A stretch of 64,000 nucleotides of DNA from Raja brachyura (GCA_963514005.1 OY740787.1:14756001-14820000); one strand, 5' to 3'; numbered from the stretch's first letter, positions 22,162 to 34,959 are shown. Notes: generated by a model from the letters alone, not told the origin. Numbers and translations: made by a program.

Positions 22162-22460
22162 TTTAGACTTTAGAGATACAGCGTAGTATCAGGCCCTTCA
22201 GCCCACTGGGGTCATGCCAACCTACGATCACTCCATCGACTGGCATTATCCTGCACACTTTAGGACAATTTACAATTTTACTGAATCCAATTAACCTACA
22301 AACGCGTACGTCTTTGGAGTGTGGGAGGAAACCGGAGCACTCGGAGAAAACCCATACGGTCACAGGGAGAACATACAAACTCCGTACAGACCCGGGGCCA
22401 GGATGGAACCTGGGTCTCCGACGCTGGAAGGCAGCACCTCTATCACTGCGTAATTATGCC
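22162..22460 (-). mobile_element. HE1/V-SINE
   Basis: Reverse V-domain plus a CR1-like tail ending in (ctaaagt)n. Confidence 0.8.
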
Positions 22461-22524
22461 ATTCATTACTTAGTAGTAGGCTCCCTTCAGTCAGGACTGA
22501 CCATGGGTGATGCATCCTAGTTTG

Positions 22525-22910
22525 CAGGTGATGTGTGGTCAGATGCAAGCCTGGGCGATGTCATATGGAGGACAGGCTGTTGCCCATGCAGCACGACCCC
22601 CCCCCCCCCACCCTCTCCACGTCGCTGATCGATCCAAAGGAACAGCAGGGCCATTACAGTTTGGCACCAGCGCTGTCGCAGGAGCTGCCAGAGCGAGGTT
22701 GCAGGCAACGATGAACTGCCTTAGGGGCTCCGACTCCGGATTTTCTTGAGGTTTACTCCAGGAGCCTGGATATGGATATGGCTATAAGGCAGTGGAGATT
22801 TTAAATCAGAGATGGACTGCCTTCCCAGGCGGACGAGACCCATCTGCCCGAGACTCTTAGGGGCGGGAGCGTCTAACTTCCCGTGCAGGTCTATAGCACC
22901 TACCCACTGC
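22525..22910 (-). mobile_element. RTE-clade non-coding (5' UTR-like) fragment
   Basis: GC-rich aactgccttaggggctccgactccggattttc...gactgccttcccaggcggacgagacccatctgcccg resembles recalled RTE/Expander-type UTRs. Confidence 0.4.
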
Positions 22911-23559
22911 CCATTAATTATATGTTGGATAACAATAACTTTAGAGCCAATAACACCAATAATACAGTAACAACAAACAACAAAACTAATATAATAAACA
23001 AAGATTTACACCTGTATTGATAACTTTTGGGGTATTAGAGAAGCGAAGGAGGGTTTGATCATCAGGATCTTGATGAATGACAGAGCTGGCTCAATGGGCA
23101 GAATGCTCTACTCTTATTACTGCTGTTCTTATACCCTCATCTTGAATCTCAGGTTGGATATGAGAAGGTGTGTGTGATATCTAGCCAATACCGACCCAAC
23201 ATCTCCAATTACGCTAATTATCAGGACTTGGAACAAGAGTTGCTTGCAGGGATTGTGAAATGGCGTCAAAATGGCACCTCTTGCAAACAGTGTGGTGACC
23301 TGTAGTCTGTGCTAACCGGGGGATTGGCATGTGTGTGGTGATAGTCTTGCTAAAAAAAGCGATTTCACTGTACTTTGGTAGGGGTGATAGTAAAGAAACA
23401 ATAAAGAAACCATAACCTGGCTGGTGCCTTACCTGCACTGCAACATTTCAAAGTATTTGAACAACTTAGTTTATGATTGCATTGGTGGAACGTCACAAAG
23501 TGTCTAGCTGCATACTTGGCTCGAGTAGCCTTAAAATTCACATCCAACATGTAAACTTC

Positions 23560-24240
23560 CACCCAGCAGTTAATTGGCTCAAAGTAGCAGAGTATCCTTT
23601 CTGTGGCCGCTTTTAAACCACGTTTGTTCTGCTTGTCTATGCACCATTCTAGTTATTATTTTTATTGCTATCTCAAAAGATAGGGAGTCAGTGCATTATT
23701 CATAAAGCTGGGTTGGTTGAGTTTAGTGATGATGAATAGGTTCAAAGGAGAGGTTTTGTCTGTCAGTGTTCCCGCTGATGGCAGGAAACCTGGCAGAAAA
23801 TTTGTTAACATGCTTAATGTCTGTGGTTACTGTCACCCATCCATAGTTAGCTTGCAGGCACCGTGATTCTTCACAGGCCTGCTCCTTTGCTTGTGCAGCG
23901 CTACAATGTGACAGCAGCTGAAGCAGACCCATTAATTTGGAGGATGAAATATGCATGCTGCTGATAGATAGTGCGTGTGATGCCTCTGTTATCTAATGAG
24001 AAATCTGTTGTGTCAAGAGGGCTTGGGCAAATGGGACTCGGGGTAGAGTTGCCTGTGTTTGATTTAGTTGACTGGAGAATAAATGTGAGACCAATCTTCT
24101 TTATAATTCAGAAATACCCACTGAATCTTAAAAGTTCTTCAAAGCCGTGCATTAGAGAGGAAAAAAGAGTATTAGTGTTATTTTGCCAGCTTCCTTACAT
24201 GGTGAATAGTGAATTAATATTATTCGCTGAAAAGTGAATA
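23560..24240. promoter_or_regulatory. Candidate conserved non-coding element
   Basis: TE-free, with tgtca/tgaca, cagctg, cattaatt and gata motifs. Confidence 0.35.
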
Positions 24241-24611
24241 ATATTAGAACCATATAAAGTGATGGGCTTCACAAGTTAATGCAGGATAGGCAGAGTCCAG
24301 ATGAAAGGTCTCAACTTGAAACATTGACTGTCCTTTTCCCCCACAGATGCTGCACGACCCACTGGGTTTGTTTGTCCCCTGATAGCTTGTTTGCTTGCAG
24401 AGTCAAGTTGGATATAAAGTATTCTTCCTCTGGATTGTCAGAACTAGACAATAGGGGAATCAAGGAAACCAGCAGGAAAGTGTAGCTGACACTAGTAATG
24501 AGTTCAACCATGATCTTATTGAACAGGCTTCTGTACATCATAGCCTTTTGCTCCAACATGTTTGTGTTCAGCTTTAAAAGAGTAGTTCCATATTAGTCCA
24601 TTTGATATGTC

Positions 24612-24875
24612 TTTAGACTTTCGAGACACAGGGCGGAAACAGGCCCTTCGACCCACCGAGTCCGTGAAGACCAGCTATCACCGCATTCACCACTGTCACC
24701 TACACTCTAGTGGCAATTTATGTTTTTTACCAGAGCTAATAAATCTACAAGCCTGTGTGTCTTTTGAGTATGGAAGAAAACCTGCATGGTCATGGGGAGA
24801 ACATACAAATTCCATCCAAGCAGCACCGTTAGTCAGGATTGGACCCGCGTCTCTGGCGGTGTGAGGCAGCAGCTC
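24612..24875 (-). mobile_element. HE1/V-SINE
   Basis: ggaaacaggcccttcg...gtcaggattggacccgcgtctctggcg. Confidence 0.7.
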
Positions 24876-25719
24876 TTCCCATCTAGGGGAATGTGCAACA
24901 AGTGAGGATGGGAAGCAGGGTGAAGGATGGTTGTTCAAGGAAGTTAAGAGGCAGGATGGAGGAACAAATAAGGCAGCAACTCGACCACTGCGCCACCGAG
25001 CCGCCCGGGGCAGCCGCCGCTGTAATTCAGTGGAAGTCCTTCTTGCCTCTGAGATTGTGAATTTGGGTCTCGCTCAAGAACCAGGCCATGGAATATTAGA
25101 ATGACACACCATGCAGTAGTTAATGCAGGTCCTTTGTTCATTGATGATTTTATGGGCACTGGTTCTGATGGAGTATGGACGTGATGGTTCATATAGCCTC
25201 CCGCCCCAATGTAATTTAATGATAAAACAAAAAGTGAGACATAAAAACACATTGGGTGTAAGGGGAATTCACAAGATTGCCAGATTCTGACCTGTCAACT
25301 GCAGGGCATTGCTAGAATTAATCTCAAATTCTTAATGTAAATCATTCCTGTTATTGTAGAATAACAGAAAGAATATTGATTCTGATATAAACATATTGAG
25401 TAGTTTTAGTGCTTTCTTTCAAATGGCAAGATAGGTTAAGAGTCAAGTTTTATACAGGGTCAAAATAAATCAAGTAGAAAATAGTTCTCCATTTTGAACA
25501 TAGTACACCAATGTCTAAGCATGAATTGAGTTTTCCAACACACCCTCTAGATACGCTTGCAGGGAGAGATTGATAATAAGACATTGATACTGTGATGATC
25601 TTTTGAAATGCCTTCCCTTTAACTATGGGACCCTGGTGGCATTTTTAATAAATATATTCATTTGCAGGTCAATGGCCATTCATAATTAGGCTTGAGAAGG
25701 TAATGCTGTATCACGTTCT

Positions 25720-26070
25720 TAGTCATAGTGATACAGCGTGGAAACAGGCCCTTCAGCCCAACTTGCCCATGCCGACACATGTCCCATCTACAATAGACCC
25801 ACCTGCCTGTGTTTGGCCCATATCCCTCCCAAACTGTCCTATCCATGTACCAGTCTAATTGTTTCTTAAACATTGCAATAGTCCCTGCCTCAACTACCTC
25901 CTCAAGCAGCTCGTTTCATACACCCACCACCCTATGTGTGAAAAGGTTACCTTCAGATTCCTATTAAATCTTTCCCCTGCAACCTATGGCCTCTGGTTCT
26001 CAATTCCGCAACTCTAGGCACAAGACTCTGTGCGTCTACCCGATCTATGATTCTCATGATTTTATACACG
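25720..26070 (-). mobile_element. CR1-like LINE 3' end
   Basis: VYKIMRIIDRVDAQSLVPRVAELRTRGH; FKKQLDWYMDR. Confidence 0.8.
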
Positions 26071-26089
26071 TGACTTGTTGAAGTTACGC

Positions 26090-26455
26090 GCATTGAAACA
26101 TATAAGATTATTAGGGTTTTGGACATACTAGAGCAGGAAATTTGTTCCCATTGTTGGGGGAGTCCAGAACCAGGGGCCATAGTTTAGGAATAAGTGGTAA
26201 GCCATTTAGAACGGAGATGAGGAAAAACATTTCCACACACAGAGTTGTGAGTGTGTGGAATTCCCTGCCTCAGAGGGCAGTGGAGGCTGGTTCTCTGGAT
26301 GCTTTCAAGAGAGAGTTAGATAGAGCTCTTAGGGATAGTGGAGTTAAGGGAGAGAAGGCAGGAACGGGGTATTAATTGTGGATGATCACATTGAATGGCG
26401 GTGCTGGCTCGAAGGGCCAAATGGCCTACTCCTGCACCTAGTGCTTATTGTCTAT
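26090..26455 (+). mobile_element. CR1-like LINE 3' end
   Basis: FPLLGESRTRGHSL...WNSLPQRAVEAGSLDAFKRELD. Confidence 0.85.
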
Positions 26456-27114
26456 TGTCATTACATTTATACAAGAAATGTGTGATTTATTTCAAACTCG
26501 GGATAGAAGGACAGAATGCGGAACCACTGATTTTTACCATATTCAGGTCAGACGCTTTAGGAAGGTTAAGTTGTGTTTGCTTATCCTAGGTCTTAGGGTC
26601 TTTGGTGTGTGACTTGCTGTAGTCACCTCCTAAAAGGTGTTTGGTACAGGTCCTGATTACAGTCTTGTTGGAAAAACGGCTTTCAGAATCAGAATACATT
26701 CAACAGTGCCCTGCTTGTGTGTGGTGGTGCAGGAACCATGTGGTGCTGAAAGAGTTAATGCTCTTCGGTTTTGTGATCAGTTTTGTGAACTGAAGTGATC
26801 AACAGCAGGGAATGCCATTCACATTGGGGAAAAAAAATAAATCACCCAGTGTTATAAACAGGAAAGCGGGAGGTGAAGCTTGACAGGGCTGGGCTTGAAT
26901 GGGCCGTTTCTCCATGTCGGCACATCACACGCATTCCTAGACACACAGGATGAGCTGTGGTTCCAACTGTCTCGGCTACAGTGCGGGCCAAGCGCGACGG
27001 AGAACAGGAAAGAAGGGCGAGAAGTTGCGCAGGTCAGCAAATGTTTCATGGATTGAGTTTTCATTTTGCATCAGGGCAAGTTAAACGAGACAGTCTTTGT
27101 ATTTTTCATTCTAG

Positions 27115-27420
27115 CCGTTTCCTCTTCTCTCCTCTCCCATTGAGAAGAAGCTTCGGGAACAGCTTCTTCCCCACTGTTGTCAGACTATTGAAGGGTCCTC
27201 CCATAAGTTAGGGTGTAGTCCCGATCTTCCAACCAACTTCATTGCGGGCCTTGCACTTCTTTGTAACTGTAACGCTATAGTGTTGCAGATTATATTCTGT
27301 ACTCTGGTATTTTTCTTGTTGCATTACCTGTTGTACTGGCGTATGACTTGATTGTACTAATGTGCCATCGTGTTTGACTGGATAACACTCAAACCAAGCT
27401 TTTCCCTGAATCTTAGTAAA
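27115..27420 (+). mobile_element. Rex1/Babar-like LINE 3' fragment
   Basis: FSPLP..RSFGNSFFPTVVRLL motif followed by the 3' UTR. Confidence 0.5.
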
Positions 27421-28760
27421 CGCAGCGGTAGAGTTGTTGCTTCACAGCGCCGGAGACCCAGGTTCGATTCTACCATGGGTGCTATCTATACATCAGGCAC
27501 GTGCCGTCAGGGTAGGCAAGGTAGGCACTGCCTACCCTGACTTAACTTATAACATAGTAATAACTAAATATAAATAATAAAGGCATGGGAGAATTATGCC
27601 TATGTAAGAGACCGATCTCTTAGGTAGGCATAATTATCCGTGCCTTTCATCCGCAGCGCTTGTAACACGGGAAGGTCTGTGCAGCCCACGTGCTGTCAGC
27701 GCTGCCTGAAACCGTCAGTTTCAAGCTGGGCTGAAGGCAGCAGAAATTCTGCCTTTGCTGTACTGCGCATGCGCATCAGTCTACTGCGCATGCGCTGCGC
27801 AAGTTTCTTGGCGGGGTTTTCAACTATGGTTTGTCGTGTACCAATGATGTGGTAAATACATTCGGGTAGCTCGGGTGGCTGAGCGGCCGCCGGGACAGAC
27901 AGCAGAACCAGCCACCACCTTAGCTCCTACTGCCGGAGCCCGCTCACCTCCGGCAGCTCTCCATCTAAAAACCTCTCTCCTGCTGCTCGCTGGCCTCACT
28001 CATGTTCTTAAATTCCGACAGTGCGATTGAGGTTACTCGGCTGTAGGAATTTAAGGATTTGCAGGAAGCCGCTGACATGAGCGAAGTCGGCGAGTGGCAG
28101 GTGACAGGTGTTCCGACGGAGAGCACTGCCAAAGGTGAGCGGGACAGCAGAAGGCGCTGAAGTGGCGGCCAGTTCTGCTGTCGGGTCCCGGTGGCCGCTC
28201 GTAGCTCCCCGAGCTGCTTCTATCCCCAGCTACAGTGCGTGGCTTCGCGCCCGGAGAGCTGCGGTAGTGGTGAGTGAGTGAGTTACTGGCAGTATCCCCG
28301 ACACCCTCCTTCTCAACACTCGTGCCCTCCCACAACTTTACAGACTCTACACATGCTGTGAAAGGAACTGTTCCCCCAATTGGTCTAGGACTAGGAAGCC
28401 TTGGGCAAATTGAAATGTCACTGTTTTCATTTCTTTATTTATTTAATGGAGAGAACAATCTGCGCATGCGCGGTTTAATTTTTTATTAAGCGGACTGAGT
28501 GCCCACCCTGAGTAATTACTCACAGCACGTGCCTGCTATACCTGGTACGTTCTCCCAGTGTCCATGTGGGTTTGCCCCAGGCCCTCTGGTTTCCTCCCAC
28601 ACTCCAAAGACGTATAGGTTTGTAGGTTAAGTGGCTTTGGTAGAGATTATAAATTGTCCCCAGTGTGTAGGATAGTACTAGGGTATAGGGATCGCAGGTC
28701 GGCGTGGACTCGGTAGCCAATGAGCCTGTTTCTGCGCTGTAGCTCTAAACTAAACTAAAC
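27421..28760 (+). mobile_element. HE1/V-SINE split by a hAT insertion
   Basis: Head at 27421-27493 (cagcggtagagttg...ggttcgattc); body resumes at 28544 and ends in (ctaaa)n. Confidence 0.8.
27494..28535. mobile_element. Non-autonomous hAT-like DNA transposon (1042 bp)
   Basis: TIRs caggcacgtgccgt / acagcacgtgcctg; 8-bp TSD ctatacat / ctatacct; subterminal tgcgcatgcgc repeats; no transposase ORF. Confidence 0.85.
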
Positions 28761-28837
28761 GTGATAATGATATACCAATATTATAGTGATGTTCAGTTGC
28801 AGGTATAGTTTCTCCCAAGTAAAGAGTAAAATTCTCA

Positions 28838-29097
28838 CAGAGTCTGCGCCGACCAGCGATCCACACGTACTAACATTATCCGACACACACCAGGGACAAT
28901 TTACAATTTTACCAAGCCAATTAACCTACAAACCTGTATGTCTTTGGGATGTGGGAGGAAACCGGAGATCCCGGAGAAAACCCATGTGGGTCAACGAGAG
29001 AACGTACAACCTCTGTACAGACAGCACTCGTAGTCAGGAACGAACCTGATTCTCAGGCACTGTGAACTAGAAGCTCTACCACTATGCTACTGTGCCA
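28838..29097 (-). mobile_element. HE1/V-SINE
   Basis: Reverse V-domain and tRNA-like head. Confidence 0.8.
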
Positions 29098-29261
29098 ACA
29101 TATTGTTCTACTTTCTATGTTCAATGGTGGTGCTTGAATTCCCTCTGGGGTCCGATGAAAAATCTGTGAGAATAGAAACACATGTTTCTCTCTCCACAGA
29201 TGCTGCCTGGCCTACTGGGTGTTTCCAGAATGTTGTGATTTTGCTTTAGGCATTAGTGTTG

Positions 29262-29582
29262 TTATGTTGGGTGAATCCAGAACCAGGGGCCACAGTCTTA
29301 GAATAAAGGGGAGGTCATTTAAGACTGAGCTGAGAAAAAACTTTTTTACCCAGAGAGTTGTGAATTTATGGAATTCCCTGCCACAGAGGGCAGTGGAGGC
29401 CAAATCACTGGATGGATTTAAGAGTTGGATAGAGCTCTAGGGGCTGGTGGAGTCAAGGGATATGGGGAGAAGGCAGGCACGGGTTATTTGTTGCGGACGA
29501 CCAGCCATGATCATATTGAATGGCGGTGCTGGCTCGAAGGGCCGAATGGCCTCCTCCTGCACCTATTTTCTATGTTTCTATG
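29262..29582 (+). mobile_element. CR1-like LINE 3' end
   Basis: MLGESRTRGHSLRIKGRSFKTELRKNFFTQRVVNLWNSLPQ. Confidence 0.85.
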
Positions 29583-29989
29583 TTATGTGTGTCTGGACTT
29601 GTGTATTGGCCTGAGTGGCTAATTACATGAGTGAACCAGCTGGGATTTTACAGCTTAGGAACAGCTTGAAGGTTACTTTTTTTTAACTCATATTTGCCCC
29701 ATAATCAGAGTTATGAATACTCAAGGAACAGCAGATGCTGGAATCTTGAGCACAACACGTCTGTGGAGGGAATGAACAGGCGATGTTTTGGATCGGGATC
29801 CTTCTTCAATCCAAGGAAGGATGCCGACCCGAAAAATGTCTTATCCATTCGCTCCTTACTTGCTGCCTGATCCACTGAGTTCCTCCAGAGTTATGAAACC
29901 AGGTTCAACTTCTCAAACTGACCTTGGTGGTAACTGAAGTGGCATTTTCTTGATTCTCAATCTCAGCTTTTGGCATAGCATATGAACCA

Positions 29990-30345
29990 GAAACATAGAA
30001 ACTAGGTGCAGAAGTAGGCCATTCGGCCCATCGAGCCAGCACCGCCATTCAATATGATAATGGCTGATCATCCAAAATCTTTATCCCATTCCTGCTTTTT
30101 CCCCACATCCCTTAATTCCGTTAGCCTTAAGAGCTACATATATTTAATTATCTTGAAAACATCCAGTGAATTGGCCTCCACTGGCTTCTGTGGCAGAGAA
30201 TTCCACAGATTCACAACTCTCTGGGTGAAAATCTTTTTCCTCATCTCAATCCTAAATGGCCAACCCCTTATTTTTAAACTGTGACCCCCGGTTCTGGACC
30301 TGGACTCCCCCCAACATGGGGAACATTTTTCCTGCATCGAGCCTG
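29990..30345 (-). mobile_element. CR1-like LINE 3' end
   Basis: GHSLKIRGWPFRIEMRKKIFTQRVVNLWNSLPQ. Confidence 0.85.
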
Positions 30346-31582
30346 AAAAAAAACTAGCGTAGATGTGGCATGTTGTTCGGAGCAGGCAAGTTGGGCCAAA
30401 GGGCCTGTTTCCACGCTGTATGACTCTCTGACTCTATGTCACTAATGTAATCACACGTTGAATGAAACCCGGTTGTCAACAGGAGAAATGATGGGGGTGA
30501 AGTTCAGAAAGTGGTGAGCAATGGTCAGACGCATCGAGAAAAATAGCCTGGGGTCCACTTTAAAACCCTCGTGGTATGTTCAACGCAGTATTTGCTGTGC
30601 CACCTGGAAATGCATACCAGGGTATGAGTTCAAGTAAAGAGTGAGAAAGGCCACCGTTGTGTTTGAAAGTCCCAGAGGTACTCCAGGAGGAGTCTTCTAA
30701 CAGTGGTAAATAATGGATACACCTGCCTGCAGAGCACTTGGGCAAAATAATTCCCACAACAGGGAAGTGCTAACTCCCAGCTCAGTACGGGGCTGAGATT
30801 ATCCCCTGTAAAGAAGGAAATCTTAAGTAGCTGGTATCACTTCCAAAGAAATACCTTTGGAATTAATACCTCTTTATTGCTGTTGAATTTTTTTTGCTGA
30901 GTTTGAATTACATAGCCCAGCTGAATTATGCATTTTCCCACGGTACCGTTGAGAAAGGATAATCTTATATTCATCTCCTCAGCATTTTTTTAATTTTGCT
31001 GGTCGGGTGTTTGGTGCTTGGATGCTTTGCTGGTGCTGATGGAGGAATTGCCCGCACAACAATGCGGCAGAGAGGGTAGTCCTGAGCTGCATCTCTGCCA
31101 GCGGAATTGCTCAGACGCAGATCACACAAGACAGATTGTTGTTATGGGAGCTTGCCGCGTGCTCTCCTTGACACTTTGATTTCCTATTCCTATGTTTCAT
31201 CTATAGTTTTATTTCTCTATGTGTGTCTGGTCTTTATTAGATGCTGAAAGACCTCAGCTTGGTACCTTGTAGCTGCGGATCAATGGAAGAAGAAAAGATT
31301 TTATGAGCAGGCGTCAGGGATAAGTTCACGACCCGTGCACCACCTTGCGCATTTTTTTTTACATTATGAAGGAGCCGTTAATGTCTCTTGGCAGTAATTA
31401 TATCTTACATAGTTAAAGAGGTTCAAGAGGCGCTGCTCACTCTGTGCCTCTGAATTCCTAACAATCTGCTTAATGGCACTGCCGATAGAGCCTAGTTAGT
31501 CTTATAGGCTGCGTCTCCTTCAGTTATGGTTTTGCAGCCTGGCAGAAGCCAAAGGCAACCTTGAATTTGAGAACAAGTTTTC

Positions 31583-31860
31583 GGGCAGCACAGTGGCACA
31601 GCGGTTGAGTTGCTACCTTACAGTGCCAGAGACCCGGGTTCAATCCTGACTAAGGGTGCTGTCGGTACGGAGTTTGTATGCTCTGCCTGTGACCGTGTGG
31701 GTTTTCTCTGGGTGCTCCGGTTTCCTACCATGCTCCAAAGATGTACAGGTCTGTAGGTTAATTAGCTTTGGTAAAACTGTAAATTGTCCCTAGTGTGTAG
31801 GATAGTGCTAGTGATCGCAGGTTGGTGGGCCGAAGGGCCAGTTTCTGCGCTGTATCTCCA
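31583..31860 (+). mobile_element. HE1/V-SINE (near full length)
   Basis: ggcagcacagtggcacagcgg A box, ggttcaatcc B box, V-domain and CR1-like tail. Confidence 0.85.
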
Positions 31861-31894
31861 AATTATTACGTAAAGTTTGAAGTCTATCAATGAA

Positions 31895-32345
31895 AGATTA
31901 ACTTATGATGAACCTTTGACGGCACTGGGCCTGCACTTGCTGGAGTTTAGAACGATGACTGGGGGATCCTCATTGAAACGTACCGAATAGTGAAAGGCCT
32001 GGATAGAGTGGATGTGGAGTGGATGTTTCCACTAGTGTGTCAGTCTAGGACCAGAGACCACTGCCTAAGAATAAAGGAATGGACCTTTAGAAAGGAGATG
32101 AGGAGGAATTTCTGTAGTCAGAGGGTGGAATTCATTGCCACAGACAGATTTGGAGGCCAAGTCAATGGGTATTTTTAAGGCGGAGATAGACAGATTCTTG
32201 ATTAGTAAGCGTGTCAGGGGTTATGGGGTGAAGGCTGGAGAATGAGGTTGAGAGAAAAATATGGATCAGACATGACTGAATGTTGGAGTAGACTTGATGG
32301 TCCGAATGGCCTAATTCTGCTCCGAGAACGTATGAACATATGAAC
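31895..32345 (+). mobile_element. CR1-like LINE 3' end
   Basis: VKGLDRVDVEWMFPLV..SRTRDHCLRIK; (tatgaaca)n tail. Confidence 0.8.
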
Positions 32346-32507
32346 AAGATAGCCTAATTGATTTATTCCCATCTACACAAGAGAATATATTAGAGTAGGA
32401 CACTTGACCAACCTGCACTCACATCCCCACCATTCCTAAATTCTCCCCCCCCCCCCCCCCCACCCCCCTTTCAATGAGATTATAGACCTCTGCCTCAGAT
32501 CTCATTT

Positions 32508-32720
32508 GTGTAGGAAGGAACTGCAGATGCTAGTTTAAACCAAACATGAGCAAAAAAAGCTGGAGTAACTCTGCAGGACAGGCAGTATCTCTTGAGAGAA
32601 GGAATGAGCTGACGTTTCGGGTCGATTCACTTGGTTTCGACCCAAAACGGCACCCGATCCTTCTCTCCAGAGATGCTGCCTGTCCCGCGCGCGGAGTTAC
32701 TCCAGCTTTTCATGTTTACT
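32508..32720. mobile_element. Penelope terminal repeat fold-back
   Basis: tgtgtaggaaggaactgcagatgc...ctccagagatgctgcctgtccc..gagttactccagc. Confidence 0.65.
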
Positions 32721-33084
32721 TTCAGATCTCATTTGTTCCCTTCACCACAGGTGGTTGCAGCAAGAGCAAGCTCTCACAGACTACAATGACTTAATGATTG
32801 GTTCACACGTAGTGGCTGGGAGATAAATAAACAGGGACATTGAGAGAATTTTCACCTCATTCCTTCAATTGATTCCGACGGACTCCATTTTTTCACTCCA
32901 ATGGCTTTCTGTAGCTCATTTATCGTATGAAGTTAAAACCAGTTGGGTATTTTCAGTGGAGCAGACGACATGTGTAGGAAGGAACAGCAGATGCTAGTTC
33001 ATAAGATGTTAGGCCTTAAAAATAACCATTGATTTGGCCTCTAAATCTTTTTCTCCAGAGATGTTGCCTGAACAAGCTGAGTAA

Positions 33085-33363
33085 TGCCCCTGTCCCACTT
33101 AGGAAACCTGAATGGAAACCTCTGGAGACTTTGCGCCAAACCCAAGGTTTCCGTGCGGTTCCCGGAGGTTTTTGTCAGTCTCCCTAATGGTCGAAAGTGG
33201 GTTCCGTTTAAAAAATCGGTGATTTTTTAGTCGAAGCCAGTTGCGATGCTGGTTGAAGGTGGTTGCCGGAGGACAAAAACCTCCGGGAACCGCACGGAAA
33301 CCTTAGGTGGGGCGCAAAATCTCCAGAGGTTTCCGTTCAGGTTTCCTAAGTGGGACAGGGGCA
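33085..33363. mobile_element. PIF/Harbinger-like MITE, 279 bp, with TIRs of about 90 bp
   Basis: tgcccctgtcccacttaggaaacctgaa... / ...ttcaggtttcctaagtgggacaggggca; flanks TAA / TTA. Confidence 0.9.
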
Positions 33364-33707
33364 TTACTCCAACTCAGCTTGTTCAGGCAACATCTCTGGA
33401 GAAAAAGTATAGGTGACGTTTCCAGTCGGAACACTTCTTCAGACGGAAAGTAGAGGTCGGGAAATAAATCGGAGGTGAGAAAAGGCCAGAATAAATCAGG
33501 GCTGGCAAAAGATGAGCTTGGGATGGATGGAGCCCATGATGACCCATTGTTGGCTGGGAAGCGATACAAGGGTGCGAACAGTGGAATTCCGGAGATGCTG
33601 CCTGACCAGCTGAGTTACACCAGCATTTGGTGTCTACCTTGGGTATTTCTAGCATTCGGTTTGTGGGTTCCTATTGGTGATGCATGACAATGTTATGGAG
33701 CAGTAAT

Positions 33708-34252
33708 AGAAACATAGAAAATAGGTGCAGGAGTAGGCCATTCGGCCCTTCCAGCCTGCACCGCCATTCAATATGATCATGGCTGATCTTCCAACTCAGT
33801 ATCCTGTACCTGCCTTCTCTCCATACCCCCTGATCCCTTTAGGCACAAGGACCACATCTAACTCCCTCTTAAATATAGCCAACGACTGGCCTCAACTACC
33901 TTCTGTGGCAGAGAATTCCAGAGACTCACCACTCTCTGTGTGAAAAATGTTTTTCTTATCTCGGTCCTAAAAGATTTCCCCCTTATCCTTAAACTGCGAC
34001 CGCTTGTTCTGGACTTCCCCAACATCGGGAACAATCTTCCTGCATCTAGCCTGTCCAACCCTTTAAGGATTTTGTAAGTTTCTATAAGATCCCCCCTCAA
34101 TCTTCTAAATTCTAGTGCGTACAAGCCGAGTCTATCCAGTCTTTCTTCATATGAAAGTCCTGACATCCCAGGAATCAGTCTGGTGAACCTTCTCTGTACT
34201 CCCTCTATCGCAAGAATGTCTTTCCTCAGATTTGGAGACCAAAACTGTACAT
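33708..34252 (-). mobile_element. Well-preserved CR1-like LINE 3' end
   Basis: MSGLSYEERLDRLGLYALEFRRLRGDLIETYKILKGLDRLDAGRLFPMLG... Confidence 0.9.
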
Positions 34253-34649
34253 AATGTGTAAATGAAATTGAGTACAGATCAAATATGATCCAATTGGATT
34301 ACAGTAGTAGATAGTACAGATCCATGGGTCCTATGAAGAACTTTGTTACTTTCCTAAACATTATAAAGCTCTATATAAATCCAAAAGGAACATACTATCG
34401 ATACTAAAATATTGAAATAAAACCAGCAAAGCTTGGATAAAATCAAATCAGGCAGCATCAATGGAAAGAAAAGTACTTTTGCTCTCTCCACAAATGTTCC
34501 CTAGCCGCCTGATTTGTATCCAGACTTCTGTGTTGCTCAACCAAAACACAATCTTTTTTTCCCTGAATCTAACGACAGAAGATGGTTCTGCACCTCATCC
34601 ATACAAGGTGGAAGTTCATCTTCAACTGAATACACCAGATGTGCTAACA

Positions 34650-34950
34650 GAGGCACAAGGAAGTGCAGGTTCTGGATTCTTGAGCAAAATATGAAGTGCT
34701 GGAGGAACTCAGCGGTCAGGCAGCATCTGTGGAGGGAATGGGCGGGCACTGTTTTGGGTCGGGACCCTTCTTCTGACTCTTATTGGGATTGCCAGTGAGT
34801 GAGCAGCGGGCTACACATTCAGAGGTGGTGACATTGGAGTGGGTAAATGGAATTGGGAAGTCGGAAGAAAGGTCCCAACCTGAAACGTCGCCTGCCCTTT
34901 CCCTCCAAAGATGCTGCCTGACACACTGAGTTCCTCTAGCATTTTGTCTT
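34650..34950. mobile_element. Penelope terminal repeats (inverted pair)
   Basis: gaactcagcggtcaggcagcatctgtggagggaa / ttccctccaaagatgctgcctgacacactgagttc. Confidence 0.6.
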
Positions 34951-34959
34951 TTACACCAT

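Noticed and set aside
31583-31660. tRNA genes (also at 35800, 52293 and 58640)
   Set aside because: These are tRNA-derived SINE heads followed by a V-domain and a LINE-like tail.
33708-34252. Functional reverse transcriptase genes
   Set aside because: All CR1, Penelope and Rex ORFs are short 5'-truncated or decayed fragments; there is no autonomous element in the window.
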